Of a DNA stretch of 44,134 nucleotides, positions 20,300-28,922 are shown piece after piece. Each line of letters starts with the position of its first letter. Within the stretch, counting starts at the first letter, position 1. Origin of the DNA: Wanchaivirus PDP110P2; sequence record OZ035745.1, one strand, 5' to 3'. Under the pieces are notes generated by a model that worked only from the letters and a program-made list of their open reading frames with translations, was not told where the DNA came from and did no database searches. The position numbers and the translations under genes are program-made.

Positions 20300-22873
20300 A
20301 TGAGTGAATACGATACCGGCAATTCTGTGCCGTCTGCATCAATGCCTGATGCATGGGATAATATGCAGTCTATTGATAAGTTTGTTAATAGCAGCGATGA
20401 AACCATTACAACACGTACAGGCGAAAAGTTAGATACTTTGCATGGCGTTAATGTTAAGGCGGACAACCAGCTAACGCAGCAGCAAGCAGACTTTGAAGCC
20501 TCGCAAGAAGAAAGGGATGCTGTAGTTGAGGAAACCAGGCAGCACCTGATTCCACTCAGCCGCCAGTATATGACACTGGCCGCGGCACAGGCAGATATTG
20601 CTAATATCCCCGAGGGGAGCACTACGTATTACCGAAGCCCTGACGATAGCGCTCTTGCGATTGAGGTTATTAACACTTCAGGAACGCTGCAGCCTACTGG
20701 ACGAAAAATGCCATCCGCAATGCCAATGGGTTACCAGTCTGCTACAGCTGTGAGTAGCGGTGCGGCTAATACCATTGCTATCACTATCCCCGGATTATTA
20801 GTGGATGGCAGTTTGATTTATTTCCTGTCTCCTATTTTGAATACGGCGGCTGTTAGCGTTACCGTGACAGATGCCAGGGGGAACTCGGTTACTCGGGCAA
20901 TACAGAAACAAAATAATGCAGCTTTAGTTGGGAATGAGTTGCTTCTCAATCAGCCCGCACTGATGGAATTCCGCACTGGGACTGCTAACAATTTTGTCCT
21001 TGTGGCATCCGGCCCAGTAGCTGCTGAACTTGCGTCAAGAATTTCCACGCTTGAATTAAATAGCGTAGCGTTATTGTCTGGCGTTGCTAATACTGCGGAC
21101 GCCTACACCGCGTCAGCGTCAGCGATACCAGGCCTGGTTGCCTCTGACCGCGTTTTCCTTTTCACTCCGAGTGCGACGAACACGACACGGACGCCGACCT
21201 TATCCGTGAATGGCGGCACTGCGCGCCAGATCAAACAGGCGAATGGTACCAACGTCGCAGCGGGAGACCTGGTCTCTGGCTACCCTTATTTATTAAAATT
21301 CAATTTTGCATCGGCTGACTTTCGTATGCTCACATACCCAGCGGACCGGACGCGTCTGCTCAGCGGCCAGCAGAAGGCCACCGTAACCAGTGACGCAACA
21401 AGCCCGAACGCTATATCTTTAACAATCCCGGGCCTTATCGCGGACGGCACACAAATCACATTCGAGCCAGCTGTCACCAATACCGGGGCGGTGACGCTGC
21501 TAATCACCAACATGTATGGCGACACCGTGACTCGCACCCTGATGAAAGGGGCTAACACTCCTCTCGTCGGTGGTGAACTGAAGTACGCCATGCCGGTTTC
21601 TATCATGTTCAGGGGGGCTCCACAGAACAACTTTAAGCTCCTATATGCTGGCGACCCTACCACGGATATACAGACCCTATCGAACGACGTTACGACGCTC
21701 AAGGGGTCGCTGACAGACCCTTATGCTGCTCTGGCGGATAAACTCGTGGGCACCGGGGTATTATCAGACCAGTCACCATTCGGTACTATAACTTGGTCCG
21801 CGGGGGTTAAGAGCGTCACTAAGCGGCAGATCATTTGTACGTCTGTCGGGTCTTCTGTTGGCGTTGGGGCCGGCTCTACTGGCGGTGGTGCGGCAGGTGC
21901 CGCTTATGCACCGAACACACTGTTCGTCAACGCCTTGAAGGAAGAGCTTAAACAGTACGGCGAGTTTGACGTCATCGATGACAACCAGTGCATACCAACT
22001 CAGGCGATTCAGCAGTTCGCTGCCCAGCTAGCGAATTCGCCTTATTCAACCTCCGACTTTGTTTTGATTGTAGGGGGGATGAATGATGCGCCAGTTGGTA
22101 ACTTCAACATGGGGCGCACATTCCCCGGTCAACAAACGTCTCTCGAGTCGCTGGTAGACTTGTGTCTGGCACGAGGAGCGATTCCAATCATTTGCACTAC
22201 TCCACATCATAATGTGGAAATGTCTCAGACGTACCCCACAATCCCCGGTGGTAACCCGCTGTTCTGGCCGTTCAGGACATATAATGTCACAAGTACATAT
22301 GTCTTCGACGCCGTTGCAAATACCATCACGCAGAGTAACTTTGCTAACCCGAATTATGGCGGCAATATTCTGAAGCCGGGGCATACTCTGCGCGTAGAAA
22401 GTGGAGACAATATCGGCAACTATACTATCACGGCCATTTCCTCTGACCGGAATACCATAACCGTCCAAGAGACAATCCCGGTAAGTGGAAGCTACTCGAC
22501 AACGGTCAGACACTTTAACCTGCAGTCCATCGCTGAGGATATTCTTTACCCTGCACCGTCGGTTTCCTTTGTAACAAAAGACTGGTCCGGTAGCGGCGTT
22601 AAGGTACAGGGAGATGTGCGGTTCGAAATGGTGAATAATATGCAAAGGGTCGTCGCACGCAAAAAAGGCGCGTTCCTCGCAGACTGTGAAAAGTCGTTCT
22701 TTAAGTATGGTGTAGAGGTTGGTGGTTACTCGTCGGTATATAACGTCCCAGCTGGAAACTACAATCACATGAACGATAACGGGTACACAGTAACTTTCGA
22801 CTACACGCTGAAAGTCGCAGCAAGGAAGATTGCCAATCTCATATTCGGAGATAAATATTACTCTGCAGCATAA
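20300..22873 (+). CDS. large tail fibre/tailspike protein with triplicated domain and SGNH/GDSL-hydrolase-like domain
   Basis: 857-aa ORF; three internally similar segments of about 95 aa (aa ~145-445); downstream region has SGNH-like blocks (VGSSVG, GGMND, TPHH). Confidence 0.6.
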   Translation: MSEYDTGNSVPSASMPDAWDNMQSIDKFVNSSDETITTRTGEKLDTLHGVNVKADNQLTQQQADFEASQEERDAVVEETRQHLIPLSRQYMTLAAAQADIANIPEGSTTYYRSPDDSALAIEVINTSGTLQPTGRKMPSAMPMGYQSATAVSSGAANTIAITIPGLLVDGSLIYFLSPILNTAAVSVTVTDARGNSVTRAIQKQNNAALVGNELLLNQPALMEFRTGTANNFVLVASGPVAAELASRISTLELNSVALLSGVANTADAYTASASAIPGLVASDRVFLFTPSATNTTRTPTLSVNGGTARQIKQANGTNVAAGDLVSGYPYLLKFNFASADFRMLTYPADRTRLLSGQQKATVTSDATSPNAISLTIPGLIADGTQITFEPAVTNTGAVTLLITNMYGDTVTRTLMKGANTPLVGGELKYAMPVSIMFRGAPQNNFKLLYAGDPTTDIQTLSNDVTTLKGSLTDPYAALADKLVGTGVLSDQSPFGTITWSAGVKSVTKRQIICTSVGSSVGVGAGSTGGGAAGAAYAPNTLFVNALKEELKQYGEFDVIDDNQCIPTQAIQQFAAQLANSPYSTSDFVLIVGGMNDAPVGNFNMGRTFPGQQTSLESLVDLCLARGAIPIICTTPHHNVEMSQTYPTIPGGNPLFWPFRTYNVTSTYVFDAVANTITQSNFANPNYGGNILKPGHTLRVESGDNIGNYTITAISSDRNTITVQETIPVSGSYSTTVRHFNLQSIAEDILYPAPSVSFVTKDWSGSGVKVQGDVRFEMVNNMQRVVARKKGAFLADCEKSFFKYGVEVGGYSSVYNVPAGNYNHMNDNGYTVTFDYTLKVAARKIANLIFGDKYYSAA

Positions 22874-22882
22874 GGAATTATC

Positions 22883-23169
22883 ATGGCTTTTAAAATTTCA
22901 GCAGTAAAACTGTCCAGATTTATTATCTCGGAGGATTTCTGTGTGAAAAGGATATCGGTATTGACCTCATTTACTCAGTAGAAAGCGTCAGGCAGGATGA
23001 TGCAGGTCAAGTTAAAGCCTCAGTATCTGTTCGATATAATGATGCGTCCAGAGTTAACGCTGGAGAGTATGCGGTAACTCTGGACACTTCGTCATCAAAA
23101 CCGTGGACAGAACAGGCTGAGCAGCAACTTATGCAAGCTGAAGAGTTTGCTGGGGCAGTTGTCCTGTAA
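22883..23169 (+). pseudogene. frame-disrupted small gene remnant
   Basis: 32-codon ATG ORF (22883..22981) overlaps a 92-codon start-less open frame (22894..23169) in the -1 frame. Confidence 0.25.
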
Positions 23170-23206
23170 CCACAAAAAAAACCTACGCAGACTGAACTGG
23201 GTTGAC

Positions 23207-23256
23207 TGCCCTCCGATAAAACTACTGTATATAACAACAGTGTTTATCGGAGGGCA
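23207..23256 (+). promoter_or_regulatory. LexA (SOS) box CTGT-N8-ACAG flanked by 14-bp perfect inverted repeat; putative SOS-regulated promoter
   Basis: tactgtatataacaacagtg at 23223-23242; inverted repeat tgccctccgataaa / tttatcggagggca contains the RBS; TTGACT at 23202-23207. Confidence 0.65.
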
Positions 23257-23260
23257 GATC

Positions 23261-23500
23261 ATGCTTCGACAGTCAGACATCGCCGCGGCTTTCCGCGAGT
23301 CCATTTTGCGCAGTTCCAAGGGGTTCCAGTACCTCCACACCCGCGACTTCGTTACCGCGCTTCGCCGGCGTGGCATCCATTTTTCCGAGGTGGAGGCGAA
23401 CTCCTGGATCGCACGCGAGCAGACGTATTTCGTCGATAAGACGCCGGACCATAGCGAAAACAGGCTGTGGATGATGGCCAACATGGGGAGGGTGATCTAA
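23261..23500 (+). CDS. small protein, first gene of SOS-regulated cassette
   Basis: ATG 23261 with GGAGGG RBS, 4 nt after the LexA-box hairpin; TAATG coupling to the next gene; track ORF 23147..23500 begins upstream in frame. Confidence 0.5.
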   Translation: MLRQSDIAAAFRESILRSSKGFQYLHTRDFVTALRRRGIHFSEVEANSWIAREQTYFVDKTPDHSENRLWMMANMGRVI

Positions 23501-23817
23501 TGGGATTCCCTTCACCAGCGACGGACTACGTTGAGCAAAGGTTGTCTGTTAACTCGATCTGCAATGTCGGCCCAAACACGCTAGTTTTCGAGCGATCTGG
23601 CGGTTACGTTGTGCTGGATATCTCCCTGAAGCCAAAGCAGGGTAGTCAGGTTCTTATCCAGCACGGCGGCGGGACGGAGCTTGCCACGCTGAGAGGAAAG
23701 TCACTGATTACTGAAGATGGTGAAGCGATCGAGGGCGAAGCCCTGGACGATGTTACTGTCATCGGCGTCGTGACGTTTACTATCTGCGATGTTCGTTCCG
23801 ATAATTCTATTATTTAA
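23500..23817 (+). CDS. UmuD'-like protein (S24/LexA-fold, begins at the UmuD autocleavage point)
   Basis: N-terminus MGFPSPATDYVEQR matches E. coli UmuD residues 25+ (GFPSPAADYVEQR); C-terminal VIGVVTFTI resembles UmuD VFGVVIHVV; catalytic GDSM not evident (ERSGGY). No umuC downstream. Confidence 0.6.
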   Translation: MGFPSPATDYVEQRLSVNSICNVGPNTLVFERSGGYVVLDISLKPKQGSQVLIQHGGGTELATLRGKSLITEDGEAIEGEALDDVTVIGVVTFTICDVRSDNSII

Positions 23818-23828
23818 CTGGGGTATAT

Positions 23829-24860
23829 ATGGCGCTGAAGCTATTAGCCAATAATAACGCAAAGAGTGTTCTCGCTGCGGGTATTAGCGCGTCCGCTACC
23901 GTTATTACCGTGGGTACTGGAGCTGGGTCTTTATTCCCGTCCCCTGTATCTGGGCAGAGTTATTTCAAATTAACGATAACCGACGCGGCCACGAAAACAA
24001 TTTCTGAAATTATGCACGTCACGTCTGTATCCGGTGACGTGATGACAGTAATTCGTGGTCAGGAAGGAACTACGGCACGCGTATGGTCAACGAATGACAT
24101 TGTCGCGAATTTAATGACCGCCGGATCATTGTTGTCGTTCCTGCAGATCAGCAATAACCTGTCAGAAATTAAAGATGCCGGTGAGGATGCGATAAATGAA
24201 GCCCGTTATAACCTCGGAATATCTGATTCCTCTGGTTTTGTCGGGCGTTCACTTGGCGCTCCAAAAGCTTTCTATGCAAACGGAACCTATACGCGATCTC
24301 CTCTGGCCCGTTATGCAAAAGTAACGTTGACCGGTGCCGGTGGCGGCGGTGGCGGCTGCCAGGCCTCCAACAATACAGAAACCTTCTCCGGTGCTGGCGG
24401 CGGCGCGGGCGCGACCATTATCGTATGGGTTGACCTGTCTGCTGCCAGTTCTTATGCGATTACTGTCGGCAAGGGTGGTAAGGGCGGAGTTGGCGCAGTA
24501 AGTGGTGCGGATGGTGGGGCCACCTCGTTTGCCAGCCTGTTCTCAGCTCCTGGCGGGAAAGGAGGAGTGAAGTCAGGCGTGTCCAATACCGCCGGCGGCG
24601 CCGGAGGTACGGCGGCGACCGGAGATATCAGGATCAACGGTGGTACCGGCTCAGATGGACAGACAGGCTCAAGCCTTCTGACGGGCAACGGCGGGGCGTC
24701 GTATTTTGGCGGCGGTGGCCGGGCGGGTTCTCAGGCCGGTATTGCTGGCGCAGCTCCCGGATCCGGTGGTGGTGGCGCGTATGACCTTGGGTTTACCGGT
24801 ACGGCATTTACCGGTGGTGATGGTGCTACTGGCATGGCGATCGTGGAAGAATTCGCGTAA
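23829..24860 (+). CDS. tail fibre protein with glycine-rich C-terminal domain (paralog 2)
   Basis: 343-aa ORF; motif YTRSPLARYAKVTLTGAGGGGGGCQ and Gly-rich C-terminus parallel gene 19167..20048. Confidence 0.6.
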   Translation: MALKLLANNNAKSVLAAGISASATVITVGTGAGSLFPSPVSGQSYFKLTITDAATKTISEIMHVTSVSGDVMTVIRGQEGTTARVWSTNDIVANLMTAGSLLSFLQISNNLSEIKDAGEDAINEARYNLGISDSSGFVGRSLGAPKAFYANGTYTRSPLARYAKVTLTGAGGGGGGCQASNNTETFSGAGGGAGATIIVWVDLSAASSYAITVGKGGKGGVGAVSGADGGATSFASLFSAPGGKGGVKSGVSNTAGGAGGTAATGDIRINGGTGSDGQTGSSLLTGNGGASYFGGGGRAGSQAGIAGAAPGSGGGGAYDLGFTGTAFTGGDGATGMAIVEEFA

Positions 24861-24979
24861 TGGCTTACACTCCTGCACGACCATCGATGTAATCAGCCCA
24901 CCACTGCATCATCTACCTGCGCTTATCGAGATACTGAGCATGGTTGTAAATTCAACTAACCCAGTGCATTGACAAAAAA

Positions 24980-25015
24980 TTAGCGCAAGAAGACAAAAAA
25001 TCACCTTGCGCTAAT
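24980..25015 (-). terminator. sib/tI-like hairpin distal to attP
   Basis: 10-bp inverted repeat ttagcgcaag ... cttgcgctaa; matches my recollection of the lambda sib/tI region. Confidence 0.45.
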
Positions 25016-25250
25016 GCTCTGTTACAGGTCACTAATACCATCTAAGTGGTTGATTCATAGTGACTGGATATGTTGTGTTTTGTAGTATTATGCAGTCTAT
25101 TATTTAGACTAAATCTTTCATAACATATTGATATTTACAGTGTTTTCTGTTTATTGTTCAGCTTTTTTATACTAAGTTGGCATTATAAAAAAGCATTGCT
25201 TATCAATTTGTTGCAACTAACAGGTCACTATCAGTCAAAATAAAACCATT
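25010..25250. other. attP: attP (lambda type), core GCTTTTTTATACTAA at 25161-25175
   Basis: Core plus flanking AT-rich arms closely match lambda attP as recalled; lies directly downstream of int. Confidence 0.8.
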
Positions 25251-26319
25251 ATTTGATTTCAATTTTGTCCCACTCCCTGCCTCTGTCATCACGATACTGT
25301 GATGCCATGGTGTCCGACTTATGCCCGAGAAGATGTTGAGCAAACTTATCGCTTATCTGCTTCTCATAGAGTCTTGCAGACAAACTGCGCAACTCGTGAA
25401 AGGTAGGCGGATCCCCTTCGAAGGAAAGACCTGATGCTTTTCGTGCGCGCATAAAATACCTTGATACTGTGCCGGATGAAAGCGGTTCACGACGAGTAGA
25501 TGCAATTATGGTTTCTCCGCCAAGAATCTTTTTGCATTTATCAAGTGTTTCCTTCATTGATATCCCGAGAGCATCAACATGCAATGCTGTTGGGATGGCA
25601 ATTTTTACGCCTGTTTTGCTTTGCTCGACATAAAGATATCCATCTACGATATCAGACCACTTCATTTCGCATAAATCACCAACTCGCTGCCCGGTAACAA
25701 CAGCCAGTTCCATTGCAAGTCTTAGCCAACATGGTGATGATTCTGCTGCTTGATAAATTTTTAGGTATTCGTCAGCTGTAAGTCTTGATCTCCTTACCTC
25801 TGATTTTGCAGCGCGAGTGGCTGCGACCGGGTTTGTTGTTATATGGCCTTCAGCTATAGCCTCTCGGAATGCATCGCTCAGTGTTGATCTGATTAACTTG
25901 GCTGATGCCGCCTTGCCCTCGTCTATGTATCCATTGAGCATTGCCGCAATTTCTTTTGTGGTGATGTCTTCAAGTGGAGCATCAGGCAGACCCCTCCTTA
26001 TTGCTTTAATTTTGCTCATGTAATTTATGAGTGTCTTCTGCTTGATTCCTCTGCTGGCCAGGATTTTTTCGTAGCGATCAAGCCATGAATGTAACGTAAC
26101 GGAATTATCACTGTTGATTCTCGCTGTCAGAGGCTTGTGTTTGTGTCCTGAAAATAACTCAATGTTGGCCTGTATAGCTTCAGTGATTGCGATTCGCCTG
26201 TCTCGGCCTAATCCAAACTCTTTACCCGTCCTTGGGTCCCTGTAGCAGTAATATCCATTGTTTCTTATATAAAGGTTAGGTGGTAAATCCCGGCGCTCAT
26301 GACTTCGCCTTCTTCCCAT
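25249..26319 (-). CDS. int: integrase (tyrosine recombinase, lambda Int)
   Basis: 356-aa translation matches lambda Int as recalled (MGRRRSHERRDLPPNLYIRNNGYYCYRDPRTGKEFGLG...). Confidence 0.95.
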   Translation of the reverse strand: MGRRRSHERRDLPPNLYIRNNGYYCYRDPRTGKEFGLGRDRRIAITEAIQANIELFSGHKHKPLTARINSDNSVTLHSWLDRYEKILASRGIKQKTLINYMSKIKAIRRGLPDAPLEDITTKEIAAMLNGYIDEGKAASAKLIRSTLSDAFREAIAEGHITTNPVAATRAAKSEVRRSRLTADEYLKIYQAAESSPCWLRLAMELAVVTGQRVGDLCEMKWSDIVDGYLYVEQSKTGVKIAIPTALHVDALGISMKETLDKCKKILGGETIIASTRREPLSSGTVSRYFMRARKASGLSFEGDPPTFHELRSLSARLYEKQISDKFAQHLLGHKSDTMASQYRDDRGREWDKIEIK

Positions 26320-26515
26320 TTCTGATCCTCTTCAAAAGGCTACCTGTTACTGGTCGATTTAAGTCAACCTTTACCGCTGATTCGTGGAACAGATACTCTC
26401 TTCCATCCTTAACCGGAGGAGGGAATATCCTGCACTCGCGTACCCATCGACGAACTGTTTCAAGGCTTCTTGGGCGTCGCTGGCGAGCGTTCCACTCCTG
26501 AAGTGTCAAGTACAT
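26297..26515 (-). CDS. xis: excisionase
   Basis: 72-aa translation MYLTLQEWNARQRRPRSLETVRRWVRECRIFPPP... matches lambda Xis as recalled; overlaps int start. Confidence 0.9.
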   Translation of the reverse strand: MYLTLQEWNARQRRPRSLETVRRWVRECRIFPPPVKDGREYLFHESAVKVDLNRPVTGSLLKRIRNGKKAKS

Positions 26516-26569
26516 CGCAAAGTCTCCGCAATTACTCGCAAGGGAACGAGTAGTGGTTGATTTTTCTCC

Positions 26570-26596
26570 AACAAAAAAGGAGCCGAAGCTCCTTTG
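26570..26596 (-). terminator. rho-independent terminator downstream of antirepressor-like gene
   Basis: On - strand ggagc-ttcg-gctcc followed by tttttt. Confidence 0.55.
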
Positions 26597-26600
26597 ATGA

Positions 26601-27224
26601 TTAAAATTCGAATTGTCTCGCCCGAAGGCTTTTCAACATTGGTCTTGCCCGTTCGAAAACGGCGCTTGTCTGGTCAAGTCGTGTCGCCTCCCTGAGCAGT
26701 ACATCTCTGTTTTTCGTCACCGCATAGAAGGTTTCAAACGCAATGTCATACAGCTTACTCGCGTATGATGAGTTAAGTTCCTTCATTATCGGGTACAGGA
26801 GTTTGCAGATGTCCTGTGCATTCTCCATCTGTACCTGCATGTAGCAGAGGAGGATGATTTCCTCGTCTGTGAATTGCTGCGCTGGTTGCATGCTGCGAAG
26901 TTTCTTTTCGCACTCGATGAAGTATCGGCGTATCTGGCGGCCTTTTTCGTTGCGCTCCACCATAGCCAGTTCTTTGGCTGTATCGAGGGTGAGGTGGTAG
27001 TCCTTGCGGTTGTGACCGCCTCTACCAGATGTTTGCTTTCCCAAATTGGAAAGCAAAATATAGTCTTGATTTTCAATGAATTTGTATTCTGAAATGCGAT
27101 TTGTAATCCATGCCGCAAACACCTTTTTCACGCCTAAAAAAGCATGCAGATCGCGGGCATTGCAGAGTAGGGCTGTTTCGTTGGCGATAGTGCCGTTGAA
27201 TACGGGGATGAGTTGACTGGTCAT
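26601..27224 (-). CDS. antirepressor-like protein (AntA/Bro-N-like N-terminal domain)
   Basis: ATG 27224 with AGGAGG RBS (frame opens at TTG 27254); N-terminal motif LIPVFNGTIANETALLCNARDLHAFLGV. Confidence 0.5.
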   Translation of the reverse strand: MTSQLIPVFNGTIANETALLCNARDLHAFLGVKKVFAAWITNRISEYKFIENQDYILLSNLGKQTSGRGGHNRKDYHLTLDTAKELAMVERNEKGRQIRRYFIECEKKLRSMQPAQQFTDEEIILLCYMQVQMENAQDICKLLYPIMKELNSSYASKLYDIAFETFYAVTKNRDVLLREATRLDQTSAVFERARPMLKSLRARQFEF

Positions 27225-27579
27225 GATGACCTCCTTTGAAGTTTTAGTTAGCAATCACCAGTTAGTGGCTGGTGATCGGGTGTCAACTAGAGCCTTCAAA
27301 GATGCTCCGGGCATATTCCCCTTGCGGGTATTGTATTACGCCTCTCCACCCGACCTTTGTACGGATGTGACTATGCCAAATTGCAGGCATAAAAAAGCCG
27401 CAAAGCTATCGGGTGCGGATGACCGCTTTGAAGTTCTAGTGCGGTCAGTATGCGATAGCTCTGGCGGATTTGTCAAATCATGTGGTCTTTATCTTGCTGT
27501 AAGCCGCGCCATTCGGGATTTTCCCCAAATTTGGGGGAAACTATCTGCGAAGTATTCACCTTTGACGGCAAGTTGCAGG

Positions 27580-27867
27580 TTAGCCACGACCTTCCTCCTT
27601 TGGCTTGTGAATTTGTATCGTCATGCCGCTTTGAGTGGTGACTACAATGACAGAACCAGGCTGAAGGCTGTTAAGATTGAATGCTTCGTAAAACGAATCC
27701 AATGCCAGTGCTTTTTTATTCTTTCGGTTCCACCAACGCCATCCCTTGCTACAGGCTACACTGACAATCCACTGCCCACTCCTGTAAGCCATATAAAACC
27801 AGATGAGCAAAACCTGAAGGAAGGCCATCCAGTCAATAATTGTATATTTTGCGAAGGAGTCCATCAT
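27580..27867 (-). CDS. small membrane protein (hypothetical)
   Basis: ATGATGA coupling to upstream gene with AGGAGG RBS; one predicted TM helix (IIDWMAFLQVLLIWFYMAY). Confidence 0.4.
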   Translation of the reverse strand: MMDSFAKYTIIDWMAFLQVLLIWFYMAYRSGQWIVSVACSKGWRWWNRKNKKALALDSFYEAFNLNSLQPGSVIVVTTQSGMTIQIHKPKEEGRG

Positions 27868-28427
27868 TTCGCCTCCTGCGGCGGTTCTGGTAGCGGCATC
27901 CAGTGTGACGGTTTCCACGACGCACCAGGAATTATCCACCCATCATTAGCGTCAGGATGACCCGGGATGTAAGTCGCCCATTTCATTCGCCAGTCACCTT
28001 TCCTGTCAAACTCCACGGCAACAAGAACGGCTGTTTTGGTATCCGGCATACTCTCACTACAGCTTATCCAACCATCCGGAGTTACCGGAGTTGGTCCATC
28101 GAATTCGGGCATGTCAGGACCTTTTCTGATAGCTTTAGCCAGCTCCAGCGGGTCATCGTAAAGCCAGTCGCCAGTTTGTGGGTGATTTGCTTCTGCAAGC
28201 TGCGCAGCCCATTCAAGACCATCTTTTTGACCTTGGAGATAATCAAGCGGCAACTCTTCATGATTACTTGCAGGTTCGGCACTATCAGCTTCGCGCCGCT
28301 TCTGTAGCTCTGCTGCCATTGCTCTCACGACTTCAACTGGTGCCCTTGCAGCAAATTCCATGTTGGTGACCAGCTCATTAAGATATTGCTCGCTGGGATA
28401 CTGTTTCTTATCGGTTATAGTGGCCAT
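27864..28427 (-). CDS. hypothetical protein with DUF551-like C-terminus
   Basis: 187-aa ORF; C-terminal ...SHWMPLPEPP motif; start inside the conserved junction TCACTCTCCTTTGATGC. Confidence 0.5.
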   Translation of the reverse strand: MATITDKKQYPSEQYLNELVTNMEFAARAPVEVVRAMAAELQKRREADSAEPASNHEELPLDYLQGQKDGLEWAAQLAEANHPQTGDWLYDDPLELAKAIRKGPDMPEFDGPTPVTPDGWISCSESMPDTKTAVLVAVEFDRKGDWRMKWATYIPGHPDANDGWIIPGASWKPSHWMPLPEPPQEAK

Positions 28428-28428
28428 A

Positions 28429-28920
28429 TCACTCTCCTTTGATGCGAATGCCAGTGGTACTCATTCTCCTGATTTCCCAGAGCACACGAGGAACACCACC
28501 GTTTCCGACCGGATCGCGTTTACTCCGCAAGGCGACGCTTGATTCCGCCCAGCTTTTTCTTGGAGGAAGCTCTTTCACACGAACAAAACCAGCTGCGCGG
28601 AGAGATGCTCCTGATTCATCTGCCTGGGTGTACGTAATACAACGTTGATAACCCATAGCCTTTGCTGCCCGCCAGACAGCACCATAAAGTGCGCTGTTAG
28701 CGTTGCGTTCTCCTGTGGTACATGTGCGATTTACTTCAAGCGTTAATCCATCGTCCAAATGTCGTGCAACAGGTCTACCGGCTGTCGCCACACCTATCAA
28801 TTCTCCGGCATCATTTCTCAGACCAATGCTGAATTTATGCCCCACCGGGGGTTTATTGTGTCGGTGATGTCTGGATATAAACGCCTTCGCAACACGAAGA
28901 GTAACCGGTGAAATTTGCAT
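28429..28920 (-). CDS. hypothetical conserved early-operon protein
   Basis: ATG 28920 (MQISPVTLRVAKAF...), 2 nt after previous stop; ends IKGE like the upstream gene. Confidence 0.45.
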   Translation of the reverse strand: MQISPVTLRVAKAFISRHHRHNKPPVGHKFSIGLRNDAGELIGVATAGRPVARHLDDGLTLEVNRTCTTGERNANSALYGAVWRAAKAMGYQRCITYTQADESGASLRAAGFVRVKELPPRKSWAESSVALRSKRDPVGNGGVPRVLWEIRRMSTTGIRIKGE

Positions 28921-28922
28921 TC

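Noticed and set aside
23261-23500. Calling the 80-aa protein ImpC
   Set aside because: Gene order resembles impC-impA, but I cannot verify sequence similarity from memory; kept as hypothesis in the finding.
19500-24800. CRISPR-like or tandem DNA repeats (GGTGGCGGCGGTGG runs)
   Set aside because: These are glycine-codon runs inside tail-fibre coding sequences, not spacer-repeat arrays.
27223-27960. 245-aa plus-strand ORF
   Set aside because: Spans an intergenic region and runs antisense to two well-supported minus-strand genes with strong RBSs; no RBS of its own.
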